A stretch of 64,000 nt of DNA, taken from NCBI GenBank assembly GCA_964573615.1, contig CAZNKD010000065.1, forward strand, positions 5,843-69,842, in the 5' to 3' direction. Numbering within the stretch: the first letter of the stretch is position 1; each line of letters opens with the position of its first letter. The translations under genes and the position numbers were made by a program. Below the pieces are notes generated by a model. That model ran no database searches. It was not told where the DNA came from and saw only the letters and a program-made list of their open reading frames with translations. Shown one piece after another: positions 28,299-37,226 of the stretch. Origin of the DNA: an uncultured Desulfobacterales bacterium (lineage in GTDB: Bacteria; Desulfobacterota; Dissulfuribacteria; Dissulfuribacterales; QOAL01).

Positions 28299-29608
28299 CG
28301 GCCCGACTGGACTTCTCCCCATACACCAAGGCAGCGGAAGAGACCAGGGCCATCCGCACCTGCGGCATCGTTCAGGAGGTAACCGGCATGGTCATAAAGG
28401 GTCACGGCCCTGCCCTGCCTGTTGGCGGCATGTGCTCTGTGGAGACAAAGGGGGCTGGAGCCATCCCAGCGGAGGTGGTGGGCTTCAGGAAGAATACCGT
28501 GCTCTTGATGCCCCTTGGTGAGATGCTGGGCATCGAGCCTGGCAGCAAGATATGGGCAGGGGACGAAACCGCCTCGGCCGCTGTGGGAAGCGGACTCTTG
28601 GGCAGGATACTCAGCGGAACAGGCGAGCCGATAGACGACAAGGGCCCACTTCTGCCGGAGGCCCGCTACCCCCTCTATGCAAAGCCCCTCAACCCCATGG
28701 AGCGTCCGCGGATAGACAGCCCGGTAGATGTAGGTGTGCGCCCCATAAACGCATGCCTTACCCTGGGAAAGGGCCAGAGGATCGCCATCATGGCGGGTTC
28801 TGGAGTGGGCAAGAGCACGCTCCTTGGCATGATTGCCAGGAACACCACGGCAGACGTGAGTGTCATCGCCCTCATCGGTGAAAGGGGGCGTGAGCTTCGG
28901 GACTTCATAGAGCGCGATCTGGGCAGAGAGGGCCTGGAGCAGTCCGTGGTCATAGTGGCCACATCCGATCAGCCCCCGCTCATCCGCCTGCGCGGTGCAT
29001 ACCTGGCCATGGCAGTGGCCGAATTCTTCAGGGATCAGGGGAAAGATGTGATCTTCATGATGGATTCCGTAACCCGCTTTGCCATGGCACATCGGGAGGT
29101 CGGACTCTCCATCGGGGAGCCACCCACCTCCAGAGGCTATACTCCATCGGTATTTGCCGAACTGCCAAGGCTCCTGGAAAGGGCCGGCCGTAAAGGGGAG
29201 CAGGGCAGTATAACCGGTATCTACACGGTACTGGTCGAAGGGGACGACATGAACGAGCCCATAGCAGATGCAGTGCGCTCGATCGTGGACGGGCACGTGG
29301 TGCTGAAGCGGGAACTGGCCCATCAGGGCCACTATCCTGCAATAGACATACTCTCGAGCGTATCGAGGGTCATGAAGGACATTGCAGCCCCAGGACAGCT
29401 CCAGGCTTATCAGAAACTCATAAAGGTGCTCTCCACATATGAGAGGGCGGAAGACCTAATAAATCTCGGCGCTTACAACAAGGGGAGCAATCCGGACATA
29501 GACTACGCCATAAACAAGATAGGAAAGATCCGCGACTTCCTGACCCAGGAGATCGATGAAAAGGTCTCATACAGCCAGAGCATAGAGCAGCTGATAGGAC
29601 TCTTTTGA
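28295..29608 (+). CDS. fliI: Flagellum-specific ATPase FliI
   Basis: 437 aa with Walker A GSGVGKST, Walker B VIFMMDSVTRFA, and overall T3SS ATPase architecture. Confidence 0.95.
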   Translation: MTARLDFSPYTKAAEETRAIRTCGIVQEVTGMVIKGHGPALPVGGMCSVETKGAGAIPAEVVGFRKNTVLLMPLGEMLGIEPGSKIWAGDETASAAVGSGLLGRILSGTGEPIDDKGPLLPEARYPLYAKPLNPMERPRIDSPVDVGVRPINACLTLGKGQRIAIMAGSGVGKSTLLGMIARNTTADVSVIALIGERGRELRDFIERDLGREGLEQSVVIVATSDQPPLIRLRGAYLAMAVAEFFRDQGKDVIFMMDSVTRFAMAHREVGLSIGEPPTSRGYTPSVFAELPRLLERAGRKGEQGSITGIYTVLVEGDDMNEPIADAVRSIVDGHVVLKRELAHQGHYPAIDILSSVSRVMKDIAAPGQLQAYQKLIKVLSTYERAEDLINLGAYNKGSNPDIDYAINKIGKIRDFLTQEIDEKVSYSQSIEQLIGLF

Positions 29609-29670
29609 CCTGGCCATGCGCCCCAAAAGACATGAGAAGATAACACCTGACAGGAAAAGGCATAGGAAAG

Positions 29671-30123
29671 ATGGCCTTTCGTTTCAGACTAGAGACACTC
29701 TTAAGGATCAAAAGGCGCCTGGAAGAGGCGGCCCAGATGGAGCTTTCCGGGCTGAGTGCCAAAAAGGCCGGCTTGGAAAAAAAGCAAAGGGAACTGCTTG
29801 ATGAGCTGAACCTCCTTAGGGGGCAACTCAAGGAAGGGCTCAAACAGGGACTGAACGCATCTGAATATCAGCTCTGCCAGCAGGCCCTGTCCTTCAAGAC
29901 GAATGAGCTCGACAGATTGAGGCAGGATATATCGAAGATCGAGCTTGAGATAATAAAGGCCAGACACAAGCTCACCGGAATCTACAGGGAGCGAAAGCTG
30001 GCAGAGAACCTCAGACAGAGGCAGCTCGATGAGTACAAGAGGCAGGAGGCCAGGGCCGAGCAGAATGAACTCGATGATCTGATGGGCCTGCGTCTTCCGA
30101 ACAGTTCCCATCAGACCGGATAA
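29671..30123 (+). CDS. fliJ: Flagellar export chaperone FliJ
   Basis: 150 aa all-helical coiled coil starting MAFRFRLETLLRIKRR. It lies immediately after fliI. Confidence 0.8.
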   Translation: MAFRFRLETLLRIKRRLEEAAQMELSGLSAKKAGLEKKQRELLDELNLLRGQLKEGLKQGLNASEYQLCQQALSFKTNELDRLRQDISKIELEIIKARHKLTGIYRERKLAENLRQRQLDEYKRQEARAEQNELDDLMGLRLPNSSHQTG

Positions 30124-30149
30124 GGAATCAAAAGAGGCGATAAGTAGCG

Positions 30150-30743
30150 ATGAAACAGGATACCTTCTCAAGGCTGTTGGGTGTCATAACAGCGATAGCC
30201 ATTCTAAAGCTTGCGTTGACAGGGCTGTTTCTGTTGCCTGTCTTCAGTGGACCGGACAGTGTCGAGGCTGCATCCGATGCGAGCCAAAAAGGGCAGCCCG
30301 CCGGCCAAAAGAGCCCCTCCCGCAACAGGTTCGAGATGGCTTCCAGCCAGTGCAGCCAGGAATTTCTGGACCTGATAAATGCAAGGGCCCATGAACTCGA
30401 CGAGAAGGAAAAGGCGCTCATGGCCAAACAGGAGGATCTCAAACTCCTCGAAGAAGAGATAGACAAGAAGATAAAGCTGCTAAAACGGCTACAGCGCGAC
30501 CTGGAAGGGCCCATCAAGAAACGGGCCGCTGATGAAGAGGCGAGGCTACAGCACCTGGCAGGCGTCTATGCATCCATGGAGCCTGCAAGGGCTGCAGCCC
30601 TGCTGAACAAGCTCGACGATGAGACGGTTACCAAGCTCTTTTCCATTATGAAAAGCAAGAAGGTGGCCTTCATACTGGCCAACATGGAGCCTGAAAAGGC
30701 TGCAAGGATCAGCAGCTATCTATACCGGAATCCAGGGATGTAG
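30150..30743 (+). CDS. MgtE-N-domain flagellar protein (FlbB/MotE-like)
   Basis: It has an N-terminal TM, a coiled coil, and a C-terminal AALLNKLDDETVTKLFSIMKSKKVAFILANMEPEKAARIS (MgtE intracellular N-domain pattern). Confidence 0.65.
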   Translation: MKQDTFSRLLGVITAIAILKLALTGLFLLPVFSGPDSVEAASDASQKGQPAGQKSPSRNRFEMASSQCSQEFLDLINARAHELDEKEKALMAKQEDLKLLEEEIDKKIKLLKRLQRDLEGPIKKRAADEEARLQHLAGVYASMEPARAAALLNKLDDETVTKLFSIMKSKKVAFILANMEPEKAARISSYLYRNPGM

Positions 30744-30759
30744 CCACAACCGCCTGATT

Positions 30760-33738
30760 TCAGTCCTCGATTCCATAGGCCCCCTTCCACCCTACCGGGA
30801 GCCTCACCAGGGCCTTTGCCTTGTTTCTGAAGAGCAGGTAGCCCTTTCTTTGGCCGAACATGAATAGATCCCGGGTGAGCCGCACATCATCCTTGCAGTA
30901 CTCCAGCACCTTTCTGATCTCACCGGCCTTCCACCACTTGAGGGCCATGAGACCATCTGCGCTCTTGCGGGCCCCAAGGGTTGCAGAACAGAGCGCATCC
31001 AGGGAGAGACGATAGCCCAAGCGCTCTTTAACGGCATCAAGGATGTCCAGGGTTGGCAGCGACCACAGATCCATGGTCGTGTAGGCGGAGAGCACCTTGT
31101 AGTCGAAGCGCCTTATGTTGAAACCGACCACGAGGTCCATCCTCGAAAGCAGCCTGAAAAAGGCCTCTAGCTGCCCTTCCCTGAAACAGACGAAGGATCT
31201 GGTAGCAGAATCGTATACCACGGCACAGCTGACGCCCATTGCCTCTGCCCTGTGCCAGCCTCCAACCTCCTGGGCCGAACGCTGGGTCTCCAGGTCGAAG
31301 ACGCAGAATCGCCTCACCCTTGAAGGCACGGCAGACGAGGGCTGGCCCACATGGCGAGGCAAACTGCCACCGGCACGGCCGGGGCTATCTGTCAAGACCG
31401 GGGTGGGAGATGGCCGGGCACTGCCCTGGGAGGCCTCTTTCCAGCCATATCTCAGCCCCTTCAGGATGAACAGGGCTGCCTCCTTGTCTATCGGGCGATT
31501 CCCGGAGCCGCACTTTGGGGAGTGGACGCACGAGGGACAGCCGAGCTCACAACCGCATGTCCTTATGGTCTCATGGGTCGATGTCAGGAGCTCAGGGGCC
31601 TTTTCAAATGCCTGCCTGGAGAGCCCCGCCCCGCCAGATATCCCGTCATAGACGAAGACCGCGGCCCCACCAACCTGAGGGTGGAATGTGATGGAGATGC
31701 CGCCGAGATCGTTCCTGTCACAGAGCACGAGAAGCGGCATGATCCCGATCACTGCATGCTCCATTGCATGGATGCCACCCATGAAGTGGAGCTGCCTGGC
31801 CTCTGTAGCCCTTCTGAGTCCATCCGGGATCTCGAACCACAGCCCCATGGTTTCGAAGATCAGGGGCGGAAGGTCGAGGCTCACCCTGCTTATCAGCCTC
31901 TGGCCCCTCACAAGCCGCATGTCATAGCCGGTGACCTCCTCGGTCACCCGCAGTCTTCCGGTAAAGACCCTGAACCTGCCCGTGTCTATCGTATCCTGGA
32001 TCTCGAGTATCTCGGTCGTCTTTGATGACCGGACCCTGGTGTAGTAGTTCACCTTTCTGGGCCTGGCGAAGACCCTCCTCGAATCTTCATCGATCCTGGT
32101 CACCACATAGGTTGTCCCCCTGTGGAGATAGACCGCCCCTGGATGGGTCTCCTTGTAGAGCCTTATGGCATCTATAGTGCCGATCTGGGGCCCATCCGGA
32201 TCGTGGACGATCTGAAAACTCTTCCCGCTCCCCCTCAAATCGACTTCTCTCTGGGGATAGCGTCTGAGGCTTACGAGCCCCCCGCCTTCCTCCATCTCGA
32301 AGAGCCTGCTCTCGGCAAGGAGCTCCTGTGCCAGCCCCGGGGCACTCGGGTCGAAGGAGGCAAGCTCATCAGGATCGATGGGCCGCTCTGATGCAGCACA
32401 GACGAGATGGGCCGATGCCACCACCTCGTTTCCGGGATTCAGCACCGCCTCTTCCGCAGGGCGCTCCACAAGCTCCTGGGGGTGGTTGAGAAAATAACGG
32501 TCAAGGGCGTCTTCCCCGGCTATCATTATCACCGCAGACTCCCTCAGGGCGCGCCCGACCCGGCCGCTTCTCTGCCTGAGTGACATCAGAGTGCCCGGAT
32601 ATCCCACCAGTATGCAGAGATCCAGCTCTCCGATATCGATCCCAAGCTCGAGGGCGCTGGTACTGATCACTGCCAGGGTCTTTCCGGAGGCGAGATCGGC
32701 CTCTATGGCCCGCCTCTCCTCTGGCAGATAGCCTGCACGATAGGCTGATATCTTGTCTGCCAGGCGTCCTGCACGCTGACTTGCCCAGAGGCTTACGAGC
32801 TCGGTGAGCTTTCTGCTCTGGGTATAGACGATGGTCCTGAGCCCCCTGTGTATGGCTGCAAGAAGGAGCTGCACTGCAGTGGCAGGCGCCCCTGCCTCCT
32901 CCGGCTCCATCAGCACCAGATGGCGTTCGGCCTGTGGAGCCCCGCTGCAGGTGATCTCCTCCACATGCCTGCCTATAAGCTGCCTGGCCAGGGTGCCCGG
33001 GTTGCCGATGGTTGCCGAGCAGAGCACGAATACCGGATCAGAGCCATAGTAGGCGCACATGCGGCGAAGGCGTCTGAAGACCCAGGCCATGTTGGAGCCC
33101 AGGATGCCCCGATAGGTATGTACCTCATCTATCACCACCATGGACAGGCCCTGCCAGAAGGAACTCCACTTGTCATGGTATGGGAGCAGAGACAGATGGA
33201 GCATCTCAGGATTCGTAAGGAGGCAATTTGGAGGCTGCTGCCTGATGCGTCCCCTTTTCCATGCAGAGGTGTCCCCGTCATAGATCGCTGCACTAGGCCT
33301 CTTGGCCCCTTTCAGCAGGCGGGAGATCCGCTCAAGCCCCTTAAGCTGGTCCTGGGCCAGTGCCTTCAGGGGAAAGAGATACAGAGCGTGGCTTTCGGGG
33401 TGGGCCAGGAAGCGCTCCAGCATCGGCAGATTGTAGATGAGGGATTTTCCGCTTGAGGTCGGGGTCGCAACCACAACGCTCTTGCCACGCCGAATCAGGT
33501 CTATGGCCTTGGCCTGATGGGAGTAGAGGGCATCTATACCCAGACGGTCGAGCAGATCTGTTACTTCTTTTGGAAGGGGCGGATCGGGAAGGCCGGGCAC
33601 AGCACCTCGTGGGCCCTGCCTGTGATAATGGACCACAAGCCTGCCCAGGGATGGAGAAGCCCTCAGGGCATCCAGATACTCCTTTACCGAGGGCCGTTTG
33701 TCCTCTATTTCGGCATCAAGGGTCTTGAGGGAGGCCAT
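30760..33738 (-). CDS. DEAD/DEAH-box helicase with DUF1998/MZB zinc domain (MrfA/YprA-like) fused to a C-terminal DEDD-type RNase H-fold exonuclease (MrfB/YprB-like)
   Basis: 992 aa. Helicase motif I is ATPTSSGKS and motif II is VIDEVH. A 4-Cys cluster reads CGCELGCPSCVHSPKC. After a Pro/Ser linker the last 182 aa carry FDLET, GFNIRRFD and YCKDD exonuclease motifs. Confidence 0.85.
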   Translation of the reverse strand: MASLKTLDAEIEDKRPSVKEYLDALRASPSLGRLVVHYHRQGPRGAVPGLPDPPLPKEVTDLLDRLGIDALYSHQAKAIDLIRRGKSVVVATPTSSGKSLIYNLPMLERFLAHPESHALYLFPLKALAQDQLKGLERISRLLKGAKRPSAAIYDGDTSAWKRGRIRQQPPNCLLTNPEMLHLSLLPYHDKWSSFWQGLSMVVIDEVHTYRGILGSNMAWVFRRLRRMCAYYGSDPVFVLCSATIGNPGTLARQLIGRHVEEITCSGAPQAERHLVLMEPEEAGAPATAVQLLLAAIHRGLRTIVYTQSRKLTELVSLWASQRAGRLADKISAYRAGYLPEERRAIEADLASGKTLAVISTSALELGIDIGELDLCILVGYPGTLMSLRQRSGRVGRALRESAVIMIAGEDALDRYFLNHPQELVERPAEEAVLNPGNEVVASAHLVCAASERPIDPDELASFDPSAPGLAQELLAESRLFEMEEGGGLVSLRRYPQREVDLRGSGKSFQIVHDPDGPQIGTIDAIRLYKETHPGAVYLHRGTTYVVTRIDEDSRRVFARPRKVNYYTRVRSSKTTEILEIQDTIDTGRFRVFTGRLRVTEEVTGYDMRLVRGQRLISRVSLDLPPLIFETMGLWFEIPDGLRRATEARQLHFMGGIHAMEHAVIGIMPLLVLCDRNDLGGISITFHPQVGGAAVFVYDGISGGAGLSRQAFEKAPELLTSTHETIRTCGCELGCPSCVHSPKCGSGNRPIDKEAALFILKGLRYGWKEASQGSARPSPTPVLTDSPGRAGGSLPRHVGQPSSAVPSRVRRFCVFDLETQRSAQEVGGWHRAEAMGVSCAVVYDSATRSFVCFREGQLEAFFRLLSRMDLVVGFNIRRFDYKVLSAYTTMDLWSLPTLDILDAVKERLGYRLSLDALCSATLGARKSADGLMALKWWKAGEIRKVLEYCKDDVRLTRDLFMFGQRKGYLLFRNKAKALVRLPVGWKGAYGIED

Positions 33739-33872
33739 GCCCTCTATAATAATCTGCAGGACAGACTATTTGCATGGCAAAAATGACCTCCCGGCACAGA
33801 ACCCTCAAGGGAGTACAGGGGCAAATCTTTTTAAGAGATGAAAAATCTTTTTATTGCCCCCTGTGGCAGCAA

Positions 33873-34169
33873 CTATTTGATGTTCAGCACCTTTCTTTCG
33901 TGCTCTATCTCCTTCAGTTTCTTCTTGTAGAACTTTATGCAGCGCTTCACGAACCGCTTTCTTCCCCACTTGGTAGAGAGGTTCTCCCGCTCGACAGGGG
34001 CATCCCAACAGGCCAGCAGAACCAGCTTGATGGGCATGTTCATGCGCTCGAGCACCTCTATCTTGGACTCGTAGTACTCCTGCTTGGCCTTGAGCCTTAG
34101 CTTGTGGTTCTGACCGCTGTAGGTTATCGGCGCCTCATGCTCTTTCTGTAGGGCAATCATGGCTTTCAC
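33873..34169 (-). CDS. Small basic hypothetical protein (98 aa)
   Basis: A good SD (AAGGAGGG) lies 8 nt upstream of the ATG. A sigma54 promoter match lies about 45 nt upstream. The protein is Lys/Arg-rich and I recognise no family. Confidence 0.55.
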   Translation of the reverse strand: MKAMIALQKEHEAPITYSGQNHKLRLKAKQEYYESKIEVLERMNMPIKLVLLACWDAPVERENLSTKWGRKRFVKRCIKFYKKKLKEIEHERKVLNIK

Positions 34170-34210
34170 CCTCCTTTTTTACAAATTTTGTCGCTTCAGG
34201 TGACATTAAA

Positions 34211-34226
34211 TGCAAAGAGCCTGCCA
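34211..34226 (-). promoter_or_regulatory. sigma54 (-24/-12) promoter
   Basis: The minus strand reads TGGCAGgctctTTGCA with canonical spacing, upstream of the 98-aa ORF. Confidence 0.6.
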
Positions 34227-34239
34227 TTTTGTGACAGAT

Positions 34240-34266
34240 TAAACTGGAAAGATCGGGGGCCGATAC
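34240..34266 (+). promoter_or_regulatory. sigma28 (FliA)-type promoter
   Basis: TAAA-N15-GCCGATAC compares with the consensus TAAA-N15-GCCGATAA. It ends 13 nt before the HDOD ATG, so the leader would be very short. Confidence 0.45.
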
Positions 34267-34279
34267 CAATAGTAGGACG

Positions 34280-35185
34280 ATGAAGAGCTCTCAGGTCATA
34301 AAAAAGGGGCCCGCTCCCCTCAAGCCCATTGATATAAATGCAGAGAAGAGGAAGCGGGAGATCATAGCAAAGCTCGATGCCATTCCCCCTTTGCCTGCCG
34401 CGGCACAGGAGGTACTAAGCATCATATCGGGGGAGCCTGCCAACATAAAGAGGCTGGAGCAGGTGATACTGCACGACCCCGCCCTCACCTCCCAGCTGCT
34501 GAAGGTGGCAAACAGCGCGGCATACAGCCCGGCATCCAGGATAGATACCGTCCAGAGGGCCATAGTATTCCTCGGTTTCTCAGAGGTGAGGAGCATTGCA
34601 CTCAGCCTCTGCATAGGAAACCTCTTCAAGCAGAAAAAGGGCAGGCACAGCATCAACAGACAGCGTTTCTGGGAGCACTCCATAGCCACAGCCATGATCT
34701 CGCGGATCCTGGCCCTGGAGGTGGGAATGGAAGAGACAGATCTCATCTTCACCTGCGGCCTGCTCCATGACCTGGGCCATCTGGTGCTCGACCTGTGCTT
34801 TCCAGAGGAATGGGAAGAGATAATCCGGTTCGTATGGGAGCATGACTGCTCACTCCTTGCAGCAGAGAGGCATTTCGGCTATCCCCACAATCTCATAGGC
34901 ATGTGGCTCGCCCGTACCTGGGGCCTCCCAGAGGTCTATGCCAGGACCATCGCAGGCCACCATCTGCCTGTAGGTCACCCCAAGGAGAGCTTTGAGGGAC
35001 ACCTGGTACAACTTGCAGACCACCTGAGCCATGAACTCGAACTGGGCCTGTTCGCCCCGCCCAAATTCAACAAAGAGAGTGTAGCCAGCTATCTGGGCCT
35101 TGGCCCCAGCCGCCTCGAACTACTCGAGGAGCACCTGATCCACATAGGTGAACTGGCAGATGCCATGACGGCAGGCTTCATGTAG
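34280..35185 (+). CDS. HDOD domain signalling protein
   Basis: 301 aa with PPLPAAAQEVLSII, a DPALTSQLLKVANSAAY block and the LLHDLGHLVL motif. Confidence 0.88.
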   Translation: MKSSQVIKKGPAPLKPIDINAEKRKREIIAKLDAIPPLPAAAQEVLSIISGEPANIKRLEQVILHDPALTSQLLKVANSAAYSPASRIDTVQRAIVFLGFSEVRSIALSLCIGNLFKQKKGRHSINRQRFWEHSIATAMISRILALEVGMEETDLIFTCGLLHDLGHLVLDLCFPEEWEEIIRFVWEHDCSLLAAERHFGYPHNLIGMWLARTWGLPEVYARTIAGHHLPVGHPKESFEGHLVQLADHLSHELELGLFAPPKFNKESVASYLGLGPSRLELLEEHLIHIGELADAMTAGFM

Positions 35186-35290
35186 GCCGCGAGCCGCCCC
35201 CTCCCGCCCCTGCCTTACTCAAAACCGTTTTCTATATGTTCAAATGGTGTATCATGGGCCCGTAATGCCGATTGATTCAAAGATGGGATA

Positions 35291-36670
35291 ATGGTGCAGG
35301 ATTCTTTCAAAAAAGGCCTCCGGGATGCCCCCTGGGCCCTGCTCTGCCCTTTTTGGGCCCTCTTCTGCCTTGCTCTCCTCGCTACACCCTTGGGGACCTG
35401 GGCGGCTCAAGGCCCAAAGGCGCTGAAACGGGCCGAACGGGTCACACGGCTCGGCTCCGGGCAGATAGAGATGTGCCTTTCATGCCACTTCGAGGAGCTA
35501 GACAAGGCCCACAGCCGTGAAGCCGCAGGATGCTGGTCCTGTCACCTTGGAAATCCCCTTGCAGGCACGCCAGAGCTCGCCCACAAGGGCATGGTCCTGA
35601 ATCCGGGAGAGCTCCAAGTTGTGGAAAAGACCTGCGGAAGGAGCGGCTGCCACGCCACAGATGCCCGGGACATCAAAAAGACCCTGATGGCCACCAACAG
35701 GGGGATCATCTCCACCCTCAGATTCTACTGGGGAGAGGAGGATGACAATGAATCGAAACTGACAGTGGAGGAGCTGATAAGGACGGGAAAGAACTCCCCT
35801 GCCCTCGACTATTTCAGAAAGCTGTGCGGTACATGTCACCTCTGGCTTGAAAGACACCGCTATCCCGGCTTCCTCGGCGAAAAGGGTGGCGGATGCAGCG
35901 CCTGCCACCTTAAAGATAGAGAGCAGGGGACAAAGGGGGCACCCCATCCCCGTGTCACAAAGGCCATCGGGCTTGAAAACTGCGTGCGTTGCCACAACAG
36001 GAGTGGCCGCATCGGCCTTTCATATCAGGGCAAGTATGAATCAGAGGGGTATGGGACCCCGTTTGATGGGGCCGATTTCAGTGAAAGTCAGTTGCCGGAC
36101 GGCAGATTCATCTGGAAGGGCCTTCCCCCCGACGTCCATTTCACCAAGGGGCTCGTCTGCATAGACTGTCACACCAGAAAAGAGGCCATGGGAGATGGAA
36201 GCTCACACGCACACCTTGAAGAGCAGGTGGAGATCAAATGCTCCACATGCCATACAGGGCAGAAGGAGCTTTCGAGGCTTGTTGCCGGCATGGACGATGA
36301 CAAATCACGGCTCCCGAAGATAACCGGGCTCAAAAGGGAGATTGACGGAGCGATCTTTCAAGAGGGCAAGCTGAACAAGAAGCGCTACAGGCTCTCTCCG
36401 CCAGACGATAGGTGCATGAGCCCGGTACATGAACGGCTCTCATGCCAGGCATGTCACTCAAGATGGGTCCCCCAGTGCTATGGCTGCCATGTGAGGATGG
36501 ATGGGTCAAGGGAGCAGCTGGACAAGCTGAAGGGTGAGGCCACCCCGGGACTATGGCAGGAGTATAGATCCTTCATAAGGCTTGAGAGCCCTGTCCTTGG
36601 GGTCAAGATGGCCCACACCATCAGGGATGTGGCCCAGAAGGAGGAGATCGTGATCCTGGTTCCCGGCTGA
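35291..36670 (+). CDS. Periplasmic multiheme cytochrome c, as delimited by a TGA (see finding: possibly continues through it)
   Basis: It has a signal peptide. Nine CxxCH motifs are present (CLSCH, CWSCH, CGTCH, CSACH, CVRCH, CIDCH, CSTCH, CQACH, CYGCH), plus one CX4CH (CGRSGCH). Confidence 0.9.
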   Translation: MVQDSFKKGLRDAPWALLCPFWALFCLALLATPLGTWAAQGPKALKRAERVTRLGSGQIEMCLSCHFEELDKAHSREAAGCWSCHLGNPLAGTPELAHKGMVLNPGELQVVEKTCGRSGCHATDARDIKKTLMATNRGIISTLRFYWGEEDDNESKLTVEELIRTGKNSPALDYFRKLCGTCHLWLERHRYPGFLGEKGGGCSACHLKDREQGTKGAPHPRVTKAIGLENCVRCHNRSGRIGLSYQGKYESEGYGTPFDGADFSESQLPDGRFIWKGLPPDVHFTKGLVCIDCHTRKEAMGDGSSHAHLEEQVEIKCSTCHTGQKELSRLVAGMDDDKSRLPKITGLKREIDGAIFQEGKLNKKRYRLSPPDDRCMSPVHERLSCQACHSRWVPQCYGCHVRMDGSREQLDKLKGEATPGLWQEYRSFIRLESPVLGVKMAHTIRDVAQKEEIVILVPG

Positions 36671-36676
36671 CAGGAC

Positions 36677-36708
36677 TTCATCTCCTTTCTGGATGAAAGG
36701 GGAAGATG
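36677..36708 (+). other. SECIS-like stem-loop immediately 3' of the in-frame TGA
   Basis: Hand-folded. Positions 681-689 pair with 695-703, giving 9 bp including one G-U. The apical loop is UGGAU at 36690-36694. Two to three more pairs follow a 1x1 mismatch. The loop lies 19 nt after the UGA. Confidence 0.45.
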
Positions 36709-36742
36709 GCGAAAGGACTTCAAGAGGCTCACCGCCTCCTCC

Positions 36743-37147
36743 ATGGATCCGCACACCACGTCCAAAGAACCGCGTCCTTGCACAGAGTGCCACATGAACA
36801 CGAGGGCACTGGGGCTTGGGGCCGGGACATTGAGCATCGACGGCGATGCCTGGATCTTCTCCCCAATCCTTGCCGAAGACAAGGGGATTTTTGGCCATGG
36901 ACAGAGGCTGGATCAGTTCGTGACCCCTGAGGGCCGGCCGACAGTCCACATGTCAAGGCCGTGGCTCCGTCCATTCGACTCCGGTGAGCTTCTGAAGATC
37001 GTAAATGTGGGCCCGTGCCTGAAATGCCACAGGGACATGGAAGACCCGGTAATGAAGGGTTGGAAGAAGGGCTCACCGCCTACTCCATGCAGGTTCAGCC
37101 CGTTCAGGCAGTGGCCCCAAAAGATCATCCTCAACCCTCTTCCTTGA
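36743..37147 (+). CDS. Cytochrome c segment (2 CxxCH), most likely the C-terminal continuation of the preceding cytochrome
   Basis: CTECH and CLKCH motifs are present. It is in the same frame as 35291..36670. There is no SD and no signal peptide of its own. The 24 codons upstream, back to the TGA, are open. Confidence 0.6.
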   Translation: MDPHTTSKEPRPCTECHMNTRALGLGAGTLSIDGDAWIFSPILAEDKGIFGHGQRLDQFVTPEGRPTVHMSRPWLRPFDSGELLKIVNVGPCLKCHRDMEDPVMKGWKKGSPPTPCRFSPFRQWPQKIILNPLP

Positions 37148-37226
37148 TCTTTTTCCGCATCGAGACTTTAGGAAAAGGACCAAAGTATCGATACGAACCA
37201 AAACAGTACCTTTTTGAAGACAGATC

